This document shows positions 10,294 through 20,534 of a stretch of DNA of 64,000 bases, one piece after another. Origin of the DNA: Gemmatimonadota bacterium (GTDB taxonomy: Bacteria; Gemmatimonadota; Gemmatimonadetes; Longimicrobiales; Gaopeijiaceae). The notes beneath the pieces are model-generated. The model ran no database searches. It had not been told where the DNA came from and worked only from the letters and a program-made list of their open reading frames with translations. Made by a program: the position numbers and the translations under genes. The DNA lies in NCBI GenBank assembly GCA_039589315.1, contig JBDHHQ010000053.1, positions 25,931-89,930 on the forward strand, given 5' to 3'. Each line of letters starts with the position of its first letter. Position 1 is the stretch's first letter.

Positions 10294-10911
10294 TCACGAC
10301 CCGACCAGATCGGTCAACGGGTTCAGGGTCGGGATGGTCCGCCACGGCTCGGGTGAGCCGTCGGGCAGGTCGAGACCCAGCCGGTTGTGCCAGACCACCG
10401 CCATCCCCGCAGCCGAGGCCCCGCCGATGTCCCCCGGGGAGCCGGCCACGAAGAGCGTGCGGTCCGCCGAGGCGCCCAACGCGTCGAGAGTCCGCTCGTA
10501 CGGGGGGGCCAGCGGCTTGTAGGCGCCGGCCTCCTCTGCGGTCATGACCGCGTCGAAGGGGATGCCCAACGACCGGGCGGCGGCACGGCCCAACTTCACG
10601 GAGCAGTTGGTCACCACACCCAGGAGGTGCGAGTCGCGGAGTCGGCTCAACACCGAGGCGGCCTCGGGCCAAGGCTCCAGCTCCGCCCAGCGGTCGACGA
10701 GGCGGGCCGCGGCGTTGGGCGCCAGCCCCTCGTCGGCAGCCGACTCTGCCACCAGGTCCTCGTAGGGCCGATACGCCCCGGTGGCGTAGGTGATCTCCAG
10801 GTAGCGCAGGCGCCAGCGCCGACCAGGCCTCGCCCCACCGGCCACGTCGTCCCACAACGACCAGGAGTCGATGAGCGCGCTCAGCAGGTCGAAGATGACG
10901 GCGTCGAACAT
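10294..10911 (-). CDS. HAD-family hydrolase (haloacid dehalogenase type II-like)
   Basis: AVIFDLLSALIDS, VVTNCS, GAYKP, FVAGSPGDIGGA. Confidence 0.85.
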   Translation of the reverse strand: MFDAVIFDLLSALIDSWSLWDDVAGGARPGRRWRLRYLEITYATGAYRPYEDLVAESAADEGLAPNAAARLVDRWAELEPWPEAASVLSRLRDSHLLGVVTNCSVKLGRAAARSLGIPFDAVMTAEEAGAYKPLAPPYERTLDALGASADRTLFVAGSPGDIGGASAAGMAVVWHNRLGLDLPDGSPEPWRTIPTLNPLTDLVGS

Positions 10912-11169
10912 TCTGGCCAGGCTCCTCACAGCTCGCGTCTTCTCGGGGGGAGGGCAAGACTTACCCGGACCCCCCAGGAATGACAAGCCGCCCGCGTGGG
11001 GCCCCGAAGCCCGGACACGAAGGCCCGCCACCTGAGGCGACCGGGGCTGGCGCGAGTCCCGGCTGGAGGTTCTTCTGTCACTCCGTACCGCGAGCGACGC
11101 AACTTTCCGAGGCGAACGCCGTCCTCCGTGGGTCTTGTTCCCGGGTGGACAGAGACGAAAGCGCCGACC

Positions 11170-12081
11170 ATGAACGTTCCTGACGCCGCCCATCGTCACT
11201 TGCAGCTTCCCATTGCCCTGACCGTGGCCCTCGCTGCCTTGGCCTGTGGCGGCACCGAGGACGCTGACGACGAGGCGGCCGCTCGGGCCGGGGCGATCCA
11301 GACCGCCCAGACGTCCGAACCCCGGATCCCTCTGTCGCCCACTGCCGAAGGGCAGCTCCCGGCCGCCGTCGTGGGCGAAGCCTCCCCGCCCATGGGTCAG
11401 GCCGTCCACTACGTGAGCGGCGACCAGGCCACCACCGGGTACCTGGCGGTCCCCGAGGGTGAAGGCCCCTTCCCGTCTGCGATCCTCATCCACGAGTGGA
11501 ACGGCCTGGTGGACCGGATCCGGCAGACGGCGGACGCGCTGGCCGCCGAGGGCTACGTGGCGCTGGCGGCGGATCTCTACCAGGGCCGGACCGGGACGGA
11601 CCCCGAGGAGAACATGGCGCTGGTGCGGGAGACCCAGGCGAACCCCGACGCCGTCATCGCCAACCTCGACGCCGCGGCCGCCTTTCTGCGTGCCCGGCCA
11701 GACGTCACGGGCAAGGTCGCGACCATGGGATGGTGTTTCGGCGGAGGCGTCGCCCTCAGCTACGCCATCGGGGGAGAGAGCCACGATGGCACGGCAGTCT
11801 TCTACGGACGTCTGGTGACGGACCCCGCGGTCCTCGCGTCGGTCAACCACGAGATCTACGGGACCTTCGCCGCCCTGGATCAGGGGCCGCCGCCCGAGCA
11901 GGTCAACGAGTTCGTCGAGGCCCTGCGGGCGGCCGGCATCCCGAACGACGTCCACATCTACGACGACGTGAACCACGGCTTCTGGCTGCACGTGGACGGG
12001 AGCCCCGAGAACCGGACGGAACCGGCACGGGACGCGTGGGAGCGGTTGAAGTCCTATTTGGGACGGGTACTGTCGGACTGA
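11170..12081 (+). CDS. Dienelactone hydrolase-family lipoprotein
   Basis: Lipobox LAALAC; IHEWNGL, GWCFGG nucleophile, NHGF. Confidence 0.88.
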   Translation: MNVPDAAHRHLQLPIALTVALAALACGGTEDADDEAAARAGAIQTAQTSEPRIPLSPTAEGQLPAAVVGEASPPMGQAVHYVSGDQATTGYLAVPEGEGPFPSAILIHEWNGLVDRIRQTADALAAEGYVALAADLYQGRTGTDPEENMALVRETQANPDAVIANLDAAAAFLRARPDVTGKVATMGWCFGGGVALSYAIGGESHDGTAVFYGRLVTDPAVLASVNHEIYGTFAALDQGPPPEQVNEFVEALRAAGIPNDVHIYDDVNHGFWLHVDGSPENRTEPARDAWERLKSYLGRVLSD

Positions 12082-12226
12082 GCCGCATGACCCGGTCTGC
12101 CCGAGGCGACTGCACACGCCCGTCCGACCCGGACACGACCTCCGAAGCCGTCCACGCGTCGCCCATGGATCGGACATTCCCGCACTGAATGGGGGCGGGC
12201 ACCACTGGCCGAGGAGGCTCGCTGAT

Positions 12227-12727
12227 ATGGTCACGGGAATCCAGGACCTCTACGAGTACAACCGCTGGGCCAACCGCCGCCTTCTCGCCGTAACCGCACG
12301 CCTGACGCCGGCCCAGCTCGGCCGGGACCTCGGCAGCAGCTTCCCCAGCGTCCACGACACGCTGGTCCACATGCTCTACGCCGAGTGGATCTGGCTGTCG
12401 CGGTGGGAAGGGACCTCGCGGACGGGGATCCCCGTCGATTGGGACCTGTCGACCCACGAAGCCATCCTGGGCGCCTGGGGCGTCGTGGAGTCGGAGCTGG
12501 CGGCGTTCGTGTCCGACCTCACCGACGAGCGTTTGCAGGCCCCGCTCCGGTACACGAACACGCAGGGGACGCCCTTCTCGACTCCGCTGGTGCATCTCAT
12601 GCGCCACGTGGTGAATCACGCCAGCTATCACCGGGGGCAGATCGTGAGCATGCTCCGGCAGTTGGGAGTGGAGCCGGTGGCGACCGACATGGTTCTGTTC
12701 TACCTGGAGCGGGGTGGGCAGGTCTGA
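12227..12727 (+). CDS. DinB/YfiT-family protein
   Basis: YNRWANRRL, SVHDTLVH, HVVNHASYHRGQ; GAGGAGG RBS upstream. Confidence 0.9.
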   Translation: MVTGIQDLYEYNRWANRRLLAVTARLTPAQLGRDLGSSFPSVHDTLVHMLYAEWIWLSRWEGTSRTGIPVDWDLSTHEAILGAWGVVESELAAFVSDLTDERLQAPLRYTNTQGTPFSTPLVHLMRHVVNHASYHRGQIVSMLRQLGVEPVATDMVLFYLERGGQV

Positions 12728-12812
12728 GGTTCGCAGTCCGCCCACTGGAAGATCTTGCGATCCCTCAGGTTGCGGCCCAGGGGCTCAACGCCTCGACCCT
12801 CTCCTCCGGAAG

Positions 12813-12977
12813 TCATTCCACGGGTACGGGCGACGACTGTCCCGAGACGCACTCCCAGCGAACGTCACCCAGACGATGGACACCCAGGTAGACGCAGCGC
12901 CGATCCACCGCCACTCCGTCCTCGACGCTTCGCCTCGACGAGCTCAAAACTGCGACGAACCAGACAACTCCTCGCAT
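12813..12977 (-). pseudogene. 54-aa ORF, probably an internally deleted secreted NTF2/DUF4440-like gene
   Basis: AAGGA RBS + ATG; MRGVVWFVAVL (signal-like start) joined to EDGVAVDRRCVYLGVHRLGDVRWECVSGQSSPVPVE, which resembles the last two strands of NTF2-like domains. Confidence 0.35.
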
Positions 12978-13038
12978 CGACACGTCCTTGCTCTGTGGAT
13001 TCCGAGCTCGGCCTTCAGGACCCCGTCCCGGTCACCGA

Positions 13039-14874
13039 TCACGGAAGCCCGAGCTGCCTCCTCACCTCTGCAGCCTGAGCTTCGTAACGACTGTCAGTCG
13101 TGCGCAAGAACTGCTCGAAGGCAGAGCGAGCCCGCACGGAGTCTCCGACTGATCGATACGTGAGGCCGAGGTTGTACCAGGCTGACGCCATCCCGGAGTC
13201 GGCATCGACCGCTCGTTCCAGGTATCGGACCGCGCCCCCCGGATCACCCTGCATGAGCGCGAGCGCCCCGAGGTCCGAGAGGGCACCGGCGTGAGCGGGG
13301 TCCACCTCTATGGTTCTGAGCCAGTAGTCGGTGGCCTCCGCCACGCGTCCCTGGTCTCTGAGCACACGCGCCTTGCCGTAGAGCACTTCTGCGTCTTTCG
13401 AGGTTACGACGAGCGCGCTGTCCGCGTACGCGTGAGCCCGGGCGAACTCTTCTCGCTCGCGATAGATGTCGGCCAGCCGCACGAGTGCCAGGTAGTAACG
13501 CGGGTAGATCTCGACCGCAGTCCGCAGGTACGGAATAGCCTCCTCGGATCTCCCGTCGACGAAGAGCACGTTACCGAGCGCGTACTGGGCCTTGGCGGAG
13601 GTGGGAACGCTCCGGACAGCGTGCTGGAACAAGGCCGTGTCGTCCGACCAGTGCGTGAGGTAGCTGCTCGCTCGGAAGCCAAGCGCAGCCATGAGCAGGA
13701 CCGCCGCTGCTGTGACGGTTCGGGAACGGGTCCGAGCGCGCACCGCCGCCAGTCCGGCTCCAAACGCGAGCGCGAAGGCGACGCTCGGCAGATACAGCAG
13801 GCGCTCACCGAAGATGGTTCCCGTGGGAACCAAGACGTTCGACGCCGGGAAGAGCGATAGTCCATACCACGACGCCGCCAAGATCCAAAGGGGTCGTTGT
13901 GTCCGGAAGCGATATAGCAGCGCGCCGGTGAATCCGAACACGACCACGGTGATCACGAACCACCCCGCGAAGACCGTGTCAGCCACCGGAATCACGTCGT
14001 AGGAGTAGTCCGGGGAGACAGTGACGGGCGCGACGAGCAGCGCCAATCCGCGTCCGACCACGCCGATCGCGGTCACGACCCGGGCCGTCGTCGGAGCGTG
14101 CGCGGCCGGATTGTCGATGAACGGCACCTCGGCAAGGCCCAGTCCGCCCACGACGGCAGTCCGGGCGACCAGATAGGCGGACAGCAATCCCGCGTAGGCG
14201 GCGTACATTGCCATCCGCCGCTTCGTGACGTCGGTCGCGCCGCGATCCTGGCCAAGAAACAAGTCTTGGGCGACGACCAAGCCCAGGCCGACGACGCCGA
14301 CTTCTTTGGAGAGCATCGCCGCCCCGTAGGCCGCCGCCGGGACGAGCGCGGCTGGCCAACGACGCCGCGTCGCCCAAGGGTGGCTCAAGACCATCGCCAA
14401 CGTGAACAACGCGGCCAACAGCTCCTTGCGACCTGCGACGGCCGCCACGGCCTCCACGTGGACCGGGTGCAGGGCAAAGAACAGCGCTCCCATCCCCGCG
14501 GCGAAACTGGAGAGCCTCCATTGACGCCCAAGCACGAACACGAGCGCGGCTATCATTCCGTGCAACAAGACATTGACGAGGTGGAAGCTCCACGGCTCCA
14601 GCCCCGCGAGGGCATAGTTGACGGCGTACGACGTGATAGCGAGCGGCCGGTAGAGGTACGTCTCCCGACCCCCTCCGGTCCAAACGGTCGTAGAGAAGAT
14701 CTCAGGGAGGTTTTCGAGGGATCGGATGTGTTCGTTCCGGACGATCTCGATGTCGTCGTCGAAGACGAACTCGTGCGTCAAAGACGGCGTAAAGAGGCCG
14801 GCCGCAACCACGAAGACGACGATCGTCCAGAGCGTCTGAGGAGATATCCGAGCCGCCGACCGTGGCACGCTCAC
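13039..14874 (-). CDS. TMTC-like GT-C glycosyltransferase (DUF1736-like region) with C-terminal TPRs
   Basis: FVFDD, YRPL, FHLVNVLLH, ALHPVHVEAV, GRKELL, SKE, SPDYS, GERLLYLPS, then about 5 TPR repeats. Confidence 0.8.
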   Translation of the reverse strand: MSVPRSAARISPQTLWTIVVFVVAAGLFTPSLTHEFVFDDDIEIVRNEHIRSLENLPEIFSTTVWTGGGRETYLYRPLAITSYAVNYALAGLEPWSFHLVNVLLHGMIAALVFVLGRQWRLSSFAAGMGALFFALHPVHVEAVAAVAGRKELLAALFTLAMVLSHPWATRRRWPAALVPAAAYGAAMLSKEVGVVGLGLVVAQDLFLGQDRGATDVTKRRMAMYAAYAGLLSAYLVARTAVVGGLGLAEVPFIDNPAAHAPTTARVVTAIGVVGRGLALLVAPVTVSPDYSYDVIPVADTVFAGWFVITVVVFGFTGALLYRFRTQRPLWILAASWYGLSLFPASNVLVPTGTIFGERLLYLPSVAFALAFGAGLAAVRARTRSRTVTAAAVLLMAALGFRASSYLTHWSDDTALFQHAVRSVPTSAKAQYALGNVLFVDGRSEEAIPYLRTAVEIYPRYYLALVRLADIYREREEFARAHAYADSALVVTSKDAEVLYGKARVLRDQGRVAEATDYWLRTIEVDPAHAGALSDLGALALMQGDPGGAVRYLERAVDADSGMASAWYNLGLTYRSVGDSVRARSAFEQFLRTTDSRYEAQAAEVRRQLGLP

Positions 14875-15056
14875 TACCCCCGACCGTCGAGTTCTGGACC
14901 GTTTGGAGGACGCGGCGGGTCCGCCGACGCTCCGTGAGGCCCACCCGCGGCGCAGTCGATCACGCTTACGGAAGCGACAAAGCCCGCGATTCGATGCATC
15001 GACACAGGTCTTCGGGGAATCCCTCGATGCCCTCGGATGTCTTCCCCCCGCCCATC

Positions 15057-17426
15057 CTACCCGCCCAACCGCTCTACTGCCTCTCGCGCCAGCCTCAGCA
15101 GCTCGAGGTCCGGGTCCGCCTTCTCCCAGCGGAGAAGGAAAGTCCGATAGGCATCCAGGGCCTTGTCCGTCTCCCCGGTCGCCTCGTAGGCCACGCCCAG
15201 ACGGTACTTGGCCAGCGTTCGGTCTCCGTCACTCCTCGACAGCCCCTCGTAGATGCGGATGGCATCGGGCCAGAGCCCGGTCCCGAAGGCCAGATCCCCC
15301 AGGTCTCCTGTGAAGAATGCGCGATAGAACGTCTCCCGCGGCAGGACGTCGAGAGTCTCGCGAAGGCGTCGGTACCCCTCTTCCAAGCGACCCTCGCTTG
15401 CAAGAAGCCGGGCATCCTCCACGGCTGCGATGACAACCCGGATGCCGGTGGTGTCCCACTGGACGCCCTCCAGATTCTGCTCCAGGTACGTTCGAGACCG
15501 CTCCAGGTGGCGTCGGGCCGCCGCCGTCTCTCCCAGCAGCGTCGCCAACCGGAACCGGTTGCCGTGAAGCTGGCTGACCCAGGGCCCGGACTCGTCGATC
15601 TCCAGGAGCGATTCGTAGGTCGAGCGAACGAGGTCGACGCCGTCCTGGCCCAATCCCGACGCGTCCTCGATCCAGCCTGCGTGCCGGACCTTCGACTGTG
15701 GTGAGTCGTCTTCCGAAAAGAGCCGACGCAGCGCCTCGAACTGGCCCGTCCCGATGTAAAGGCGAGGGTACCAGGCTCGCGCACCGTCAGGGTCGACTCG
15801 GGCCAACGCCTCCAGGTGAGGCTCGGCGGTCGCGAGCCCGTCGTCGAGACGGCCGTACATGCCGTTGTGGAGTAGGCCCAACTCCTGCTGCGCCATCGTG
15901 GCCAACGTCTCGATGGCCGCGGCTCGCTGCTCCTCGTCGCCCCTGAGGAATTCCCACTTGAGTCGCATGCGGTCCTGGCGAACCGGGTCTCCACCATGCT
16001 CCTCGAAGGCAGCCATCAGCTCGTGGTAGCGGTCGGGCTGGTTCTTCTCGATGGCCCACTCCGTGGCGTGGGAGTAGTAGGGTCCGAACGTGGGATCGAG
16101 CTCGACCGTCCTCTCGAGCGCCTCCTCGAGCTGGGCGTCCGTGATCCCGGTCTCGTCCCACTCGTGAAGCGCCATCTCCCCCAGGAGATACCACCCGTCC
16201 GGATCGTCAGGGTAGCGGCGGATGAAGTCGCGCAGGTTGCCCAGCTCCTTCACGCCGTAGTTGTTCGCGATGGCCGAGCCAACCTGCAGAAGCGTGGCCT
16301 CGCGGGGCGGGAGGCGGTCGCCGTGATCCGCTGCGCGGCGCTTGTACTCGCGACCCTCCATGGCGCCGATTCCCTCGATCCAACCCCACGTCTCGCCGAG
16401 GCGCCAGAGCGCCAGAGCGAACGTCGAGTCCTTTTGGACGGCCCGTTCCAGGTGTTCCCGGGCCGTGTTGAAGTCGCCCCGGCGGAAGGCGGCGTCGCCC
16501 TCCAGGTAGTCCCGGAGCGCCGGAACCGACTCGGTCAGGAGCGAGGCCAGGCGGAAGGTCTGGGCCGTGGAGCCCTGTCCCGTCACGTCGAGCAGCGAAC
16601 GCATGACGTCGACGGTCAGGGCGTCGACCAGGCTCAGCACCTCGTCGGGGCTCCCCTCGACCTGCCCCGCCCCCACCTCCTCGCCCGTGTCAAGATCGTA
16701 GATGTCGGCGGTGAAGCGGATCCGGCTTCCAAGCTCCACCCCGCTACCGACGACCGCGTACCGGGCACCGGTCCCCGCGGCCACGCGAAGGGCCTCGTCC
16801 AGCTCGGCGTCGGCCGTCTCCCCGATCTCCCTGTTCCATCGGGCCAGCACGGTCCGAGCGTCCACGGCCCGGTAGCCCGATAGCCCGTCCAGGTTGGCCG
16901 AGACCAGGTCGACCATGCCTTCGCGGTACACCTCGAGGTCCGGGCCCGTGACGTGGAACGGCAGCACCGCGATGCCGCTGGCAACGTCGTCGGCGCCTGC
17001 CTCCTGAGGCCCGATGAGCGAGGTCGGCCCCCGGACAAGGACGTAGACACCGGCAGCGCCGAACAAGAGGGACAGCGCCACCACGCCACCCAGAATCGCC
17101 CGGCCCCAGGTGAGGTGGGGGAGCCGGCCCGACCTGAGGCTGCTCACGACGTCGCCCGGCGCTACCTGCCAGTCGGTGGGGACCTCGCCGGCTTGCTCCC
17201 GGGCCGTGGTCTGGGGCAGGGACTGGACCCAGGCGGTCGCCAGCACCACGAACATGCCGACGGCCAGGAGGATCAAGGCGACCGGGCCCACCCACTCGGG
17301 TAGCTCCAGGAGCCCCATGAGCGTCTCGATGATCTGGAGCACGATCCACGACACGCCGAGGTAGACGAGGAGGATCTGGACCAGGCGGGCGCGACGAAGG
17401 CGGTCCCAGAAGGAGGGCTGGCTCAT
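15057..17426 (-). CDS. Membrane-anchored TolB_N-like / TPR protein
   Basis: N-terminal TM hairpin RRARLVQILLVYLGVSWIVLQ, IAVLPF domain, TESVPALRDYL and DSTFALA motifs, TPR-like tail. Confidence 0.65.
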   Translation of the reverse strand: MSQPSFWDRLRRARLVQILLVYLGVSWIVLQIIETLMGLLELPEWVGPVALILLAVGMFVVLATAWVQSLPQTTAREQAGEVPTDWQVAPGDVVSSLRSGRLPHLTWGRAILGGVVALSLLFGAAGVYVLVRGPTSLIGPQEAGADDVASGIAVLPFHVTGPDLEVYREGMVDLVSANLDGLSGYRAVDARTVLARWNREIGETADAELDEALRVAAGTGARYAVVGSGVELGSRIRFTADIYDLDTGEEVGAGQVEGSPDEVLSLVDALTVDVMRSLLDVTGQGSTAQTFRLASLLTESVPALRDYLEGDAAFRRGDFNTAREHLERAVQKDSTFALALWRLGETWGWIEGIGAMEGREYKRRAADHGDRLPPREATLLQVGSAIANNYGVKELGNLRDFIRRYPDDPDGWYLLGEMALHEWDETGITDAQLEEALERTVELDPTFGPYYSHATEWAIEKNQPDRYHELMAAFEEHGGDPVRQDRMRLKWEFLRGDEEQRAAAIETLATMAQQELGLLHNGMYGRLDDGLATAEPHLEALARVDPDGARAWYPRLYIGTGQFEALRRLFSEDDSPQSKVRHAGWIEDASGLGQDGVDLVRSTYESLLEIDESGPWVSQLHGNRFRLATLLGETAAARRHLERSRTYLEQNLEGVQWDTTGIRVVIAAVEDARLLASEGRLEEGYRRLRETLDVLPRETFYRAFFTGDLGDLAFGTGLWPDAIRIYEGLSRSDGDRTLAKYRLGVAYEATGETDKALDAYRTFLLRWEKADPDLELLRLAREAVERLGG

Positions 17427-18540
17427 GGGCTCCCCCAGACGTCCCGGAAGTACCGCTCCCAGTTCCCTCCGATGACCTTCTCCACAACGGTTGCGGAGTG
17501 CGCTCGGGCCAGCATCGCATCCGCGATCTGCTCCATACGCCTGGGCGTGTTCAGCTCCGGCACGAACAGGAGCTCGTATTCCCGCGGGGCGCCGATCCCG
17601 AGGCGCTGACGCTCTGCCGCGAACGCCTCCAGGCCCGCCCGGTACTCGGCCGTCGCCTCGGTCGGCGTGATGGAGTTGTCACTGCCGATGCCCACGTGGT
17701 CCTCGCCACACACGTTCACGGCGTGCTCGATATGCTGAATCAGGTGCTCGGCCCATCGGCCATGGCCCGAAGCTCCTCGTCCCGCTTGCTCCGAGGGTGC
17801 TCGTACACCGCCTGGCACGCGCTGTGGGTAATGGCCACCGGCTGGGTGGACGTCTCGATGGCCTCGGCCGTGGTGCGTTGGCCGCAGTGCGACGTGTCCA
17901 CGGCGATGCCGAGCTCGTTCATGCGGGCGACGACATCGCGGCCGAACTTGCTCAGGCCGCCGTTACCGGTCTCCAGGCACCCGTCACCCACCTCGTTCCG
18001 GAGGTTGTACGTGAGCTGGATGACCTTGACGCCGAAGTCGTGGAACAGGTCCAGGCGGCTCACGTCACCCTCCAGCATCGCCGTGTCCTGGAAGCTGTAG
18101 ATCAAACCCAACCGGCCGGTCTCCTTGGCCCGGTGCAGGTCGGCCACCGTCCGCACCTGCATGAACACCTCCGGATGCCTGGCCACCTCGCGCTGGAAGT
18201 AGCCGATCCCGGCGACGGTGGCGTCGAACGCCGAATGGCCCGCACCCCCCTGGTTGAGTGTCACGCTCACCGCAGTGATCCCCGAGCCGCGAGCGTTCTC
18301 CACCATCTCGGCGGTGAGCGGCTGACCCATGCGATCCATGACGTTGAACGGGCCCGGGCTGGCCAGGCAATCGATGACCATGGCCTCGGCGTAGCCGTCC
18401 CAGGCGGCCCTGGCAACCACGGCGGTCAGCCCGTGCGCGTGTGGACCCTCAACCAGCGCATCGAGATCAGCCATCAACGGGACGGCCGCCATTGCCGAAG
18501 CACGGCGGGTGAACTCGCGGCGGCTCAGGCGCTCGGACAT
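17423..18540 (-). pseudogene. Tat-exported M19 membrane dipeptidase, frameshifted with an apparent internal deletion near 17755
   Basis: SRREF Tat motif; IQLTYN, VDTSHCG, ITHS, HPRSKRDEELRAMAD in one frame; AEHLIQHIEHAVNVCGEDHVGIGSD...IGGNWER in another; the expected GGVxG segment is missing. Confidence 0.8.
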
Positions 18541-19004
18541 GGTCGGTGCTCCTCCACTTCGACGTGCAGGCGAGTCGGACCCATGGCGTGATCTTCGAGT
18601 CGGCTGATCGGGTCCGCTTTCAGGTGGTCTCCGGGTCTCAGCGTCTGCAGACAGGGAGGATTCAGTATGGCCTCGCCAGCGCTCGCGCGCGAGGTGGTGG
18701 GCAGCCAGTCCGGGGCGACGGGGGTTCTGTTCCAACGCTCACGCTCCCCGCACTATCCGTATGCGGCGACATCGGGCCGACCAGTCCCGTCGAAGCGCCG
18801 GACGCTCCGGTCGCGTGGATGCCGAGGCCGGAGGCGCCGCATCGCTGACCCGCGATGATCGCCGTCACCCTCGACCGCGACCGACCCTACCCGCTTGGCT
18901 CTTCCTCGACATCGGAAACGTGACCGGTTGAAACGGGAGCTTACGCATGCATATTGGACACCCTCGCACTCGCGTCCCTGCCCACACCCCCGAAGGAGCG
19001 TTTG

Positions 19005-20420
19005 ATGACCGCACTGAAAGTGATGGAAGGACAGTACCTCGAGCTCGACGACGACGCCGTGGCCGGCTTCACCGCCAGCCTGAGAGGCGACCTCGTCACG
19101 CCCGAGTCCGATGACTACGACGAAGTACGCGCGATCTGGAACGCGATGATCGACCGCCGTCCAGGTGCCATCGTCCGTTGTGCGGGACCGAGCGATGTCA
19201 TCGCCGCCGTACGCTTCGCACGACAGCACGACCTGCTCGTTTCGATCCGCGGTGCCGGCCACAACATCGCCGGCAACTCCGTTGCCGATGGCGCGTTGAT
19301 GATCGACCTGTCGGGCATGACGTCGGTTCACGTGGACCCGGGCCGGGGCATCGTGCGAGCCGAGCCCGGCTGCACGTTGGGCGATCTCGACCACGAGACC
19401 CAGGTCCACGGCTTGGTCGTGCCCACCGGGATCAACTCCACCACCGGGATCGCGGGTCTGACCCTGGGCGGCGGCTTCGGGTGGCTCAGCCGAAAGCACG
19501 GCATGACCATCGACAACCTGATTTCCGCCGACGTCGTCACCGCCGAAGGCGAGCTGGTCCGGGCAAGCGCCAGCGAGAACGCGGACCTCTTCTGGGGCAT
19601 CCGCGGCGGCGGCGGCAACTTCGGCATCGTTACGTCCTTCGAGTTCCAGGCTCATCCCGTGGGGCCGGAAATCCTGTCGGGATTGGTCGTGCATCCCTTC
19701 GCGGACGCGATGGACGTCATGAAGCAAGTGTATGCCCTGACGGACGAGGCGCCCGACGAGCTGACCGTCTGGGTGGTCCTGCGCAAAGCGCCCCCTCTTC
19801 CCTTCCTTCCGGACGAGGTGCATGGCACCGCGGTCCTGGTCCTGGCCGCCATGTACGCCGGCGACATGGCCGACGGTGAGGCCGCGCTCGCGCCGTTCCG
19901 GGCCATCGGCAACCCCATCGCAGACGTGATCAGCCCACACCCCTTCACGGGATGGCAGGCCGCCTTCGATCCGCTGCTCACGCCCGGCGTCCGGAACTAT
20001 TGGAAGTCCCACAACTTCGAGGCGATGACCGACGATATCCTCCAGATCGTGGTCGATTTCACGGGCAAGCTGCCCACCCCCCACTGCGAGATCTTCCTCG
20101 CTCAGTTGGGTGGAGCCACGCGGCGTGTCGCCCACGATGCCACGGCCTACCCTGCCCGGGACGCGGCCTATCTGATGAACGTTCACGGCCGCTGGGAAGA
20201 CCCTGCGGACGACGCGGCCGTGGTCGGGTGGTCCAGGGAGCTCTTCGACAGCCTCACCCCCCATGCCACGGGCAACGTGTACGTCAACTTCATGCCCGAT
20301 GACGAAGCGGACCGCATCAGGGGCGCGTACGGGAGCAACTACGACCGCCTGGTGGAGCTCAAGAGGAAGTGGGACCCGGCCAACATGTTCCGGCTCAACC
20401 AGAACATCCGGCCCGACTGA
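19005..20420 (+). CDS. FAD-binding oxidoreductase, berberine-bridge / 6-hydroxy-D-nicotine oxidase-like
   Basis: RGAGHNIAG (covalent-FAD His), GLTLGGGFGWL, RGGGGNFG, YVNF, KWDPANMFRLNQNI. Confidence 0.9.
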   Translation: MTALKVMEGQYLELDDDAVAGFTASLRGDLVTPESDDYDEVRAIWNAMIDRRPGAIVRCAGPSDVIAAVRFARQHDLLVSIRGAGHNIAGNSVADGALMIDLSGMTSVHVDPGRGIVRAEPGCTLGDLDHETQVHGLVVPTGINSTTGIAGLTLGGGFGWLSRKHGMTIDNLISADVVTAEGELVRASASENADLFWGIRGGGGNFGIVTSFEFQAHPVGPEILSGLVVHPFADAMDVMKQVYALTDEAPDELTVWVVLRKAPPLPFLPDEVHGTAVLVLAAMYAGDMADGEAALAPFRAIGNPIADVISPHPFTGWQAAFDPLLTPGVRNYWKSHNFEAMTDDILQIVVDFTGKLPTPHCEIFLAQLGGATRRVAHDATAYPARDAAYLMNVHGRWEDPADDAAVVGWSRELFDSLTPHATGNVYVNFMPDDEADRIRGAYGSNYDRLVELKRKWDPANMFRLNQNIRPD

Positions 20421-20429
20421 GGTACCCGG

Positions 20430-20459
20430 AGGGGGGGTGGGCTTATCGCCACCCCCCCT
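20430..20459 (+). terminator. GC-rich hairpin after the BBE oxidase
   Basis: AGGGGGGGTGG-N8-CCACCCCCCCT 11-bp inverted repeat; weak U tail. Confidence 0.45.
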
Positions 20460-20534
20460 TGGTCCCACTATGTTCGTTCGCGCGTCCGTCCCTCACCCGT
20501 CATCCGACTCCATTCACGGTTCGAAGGCACACCC

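Noticed and set aside
18545..18700. Possible TPP-like riboswitch upstream of the dipeptidase (CTGAGA...ACCTGA on the minus strand)
   Set aside because: The other conserved elements and pairings were not found.
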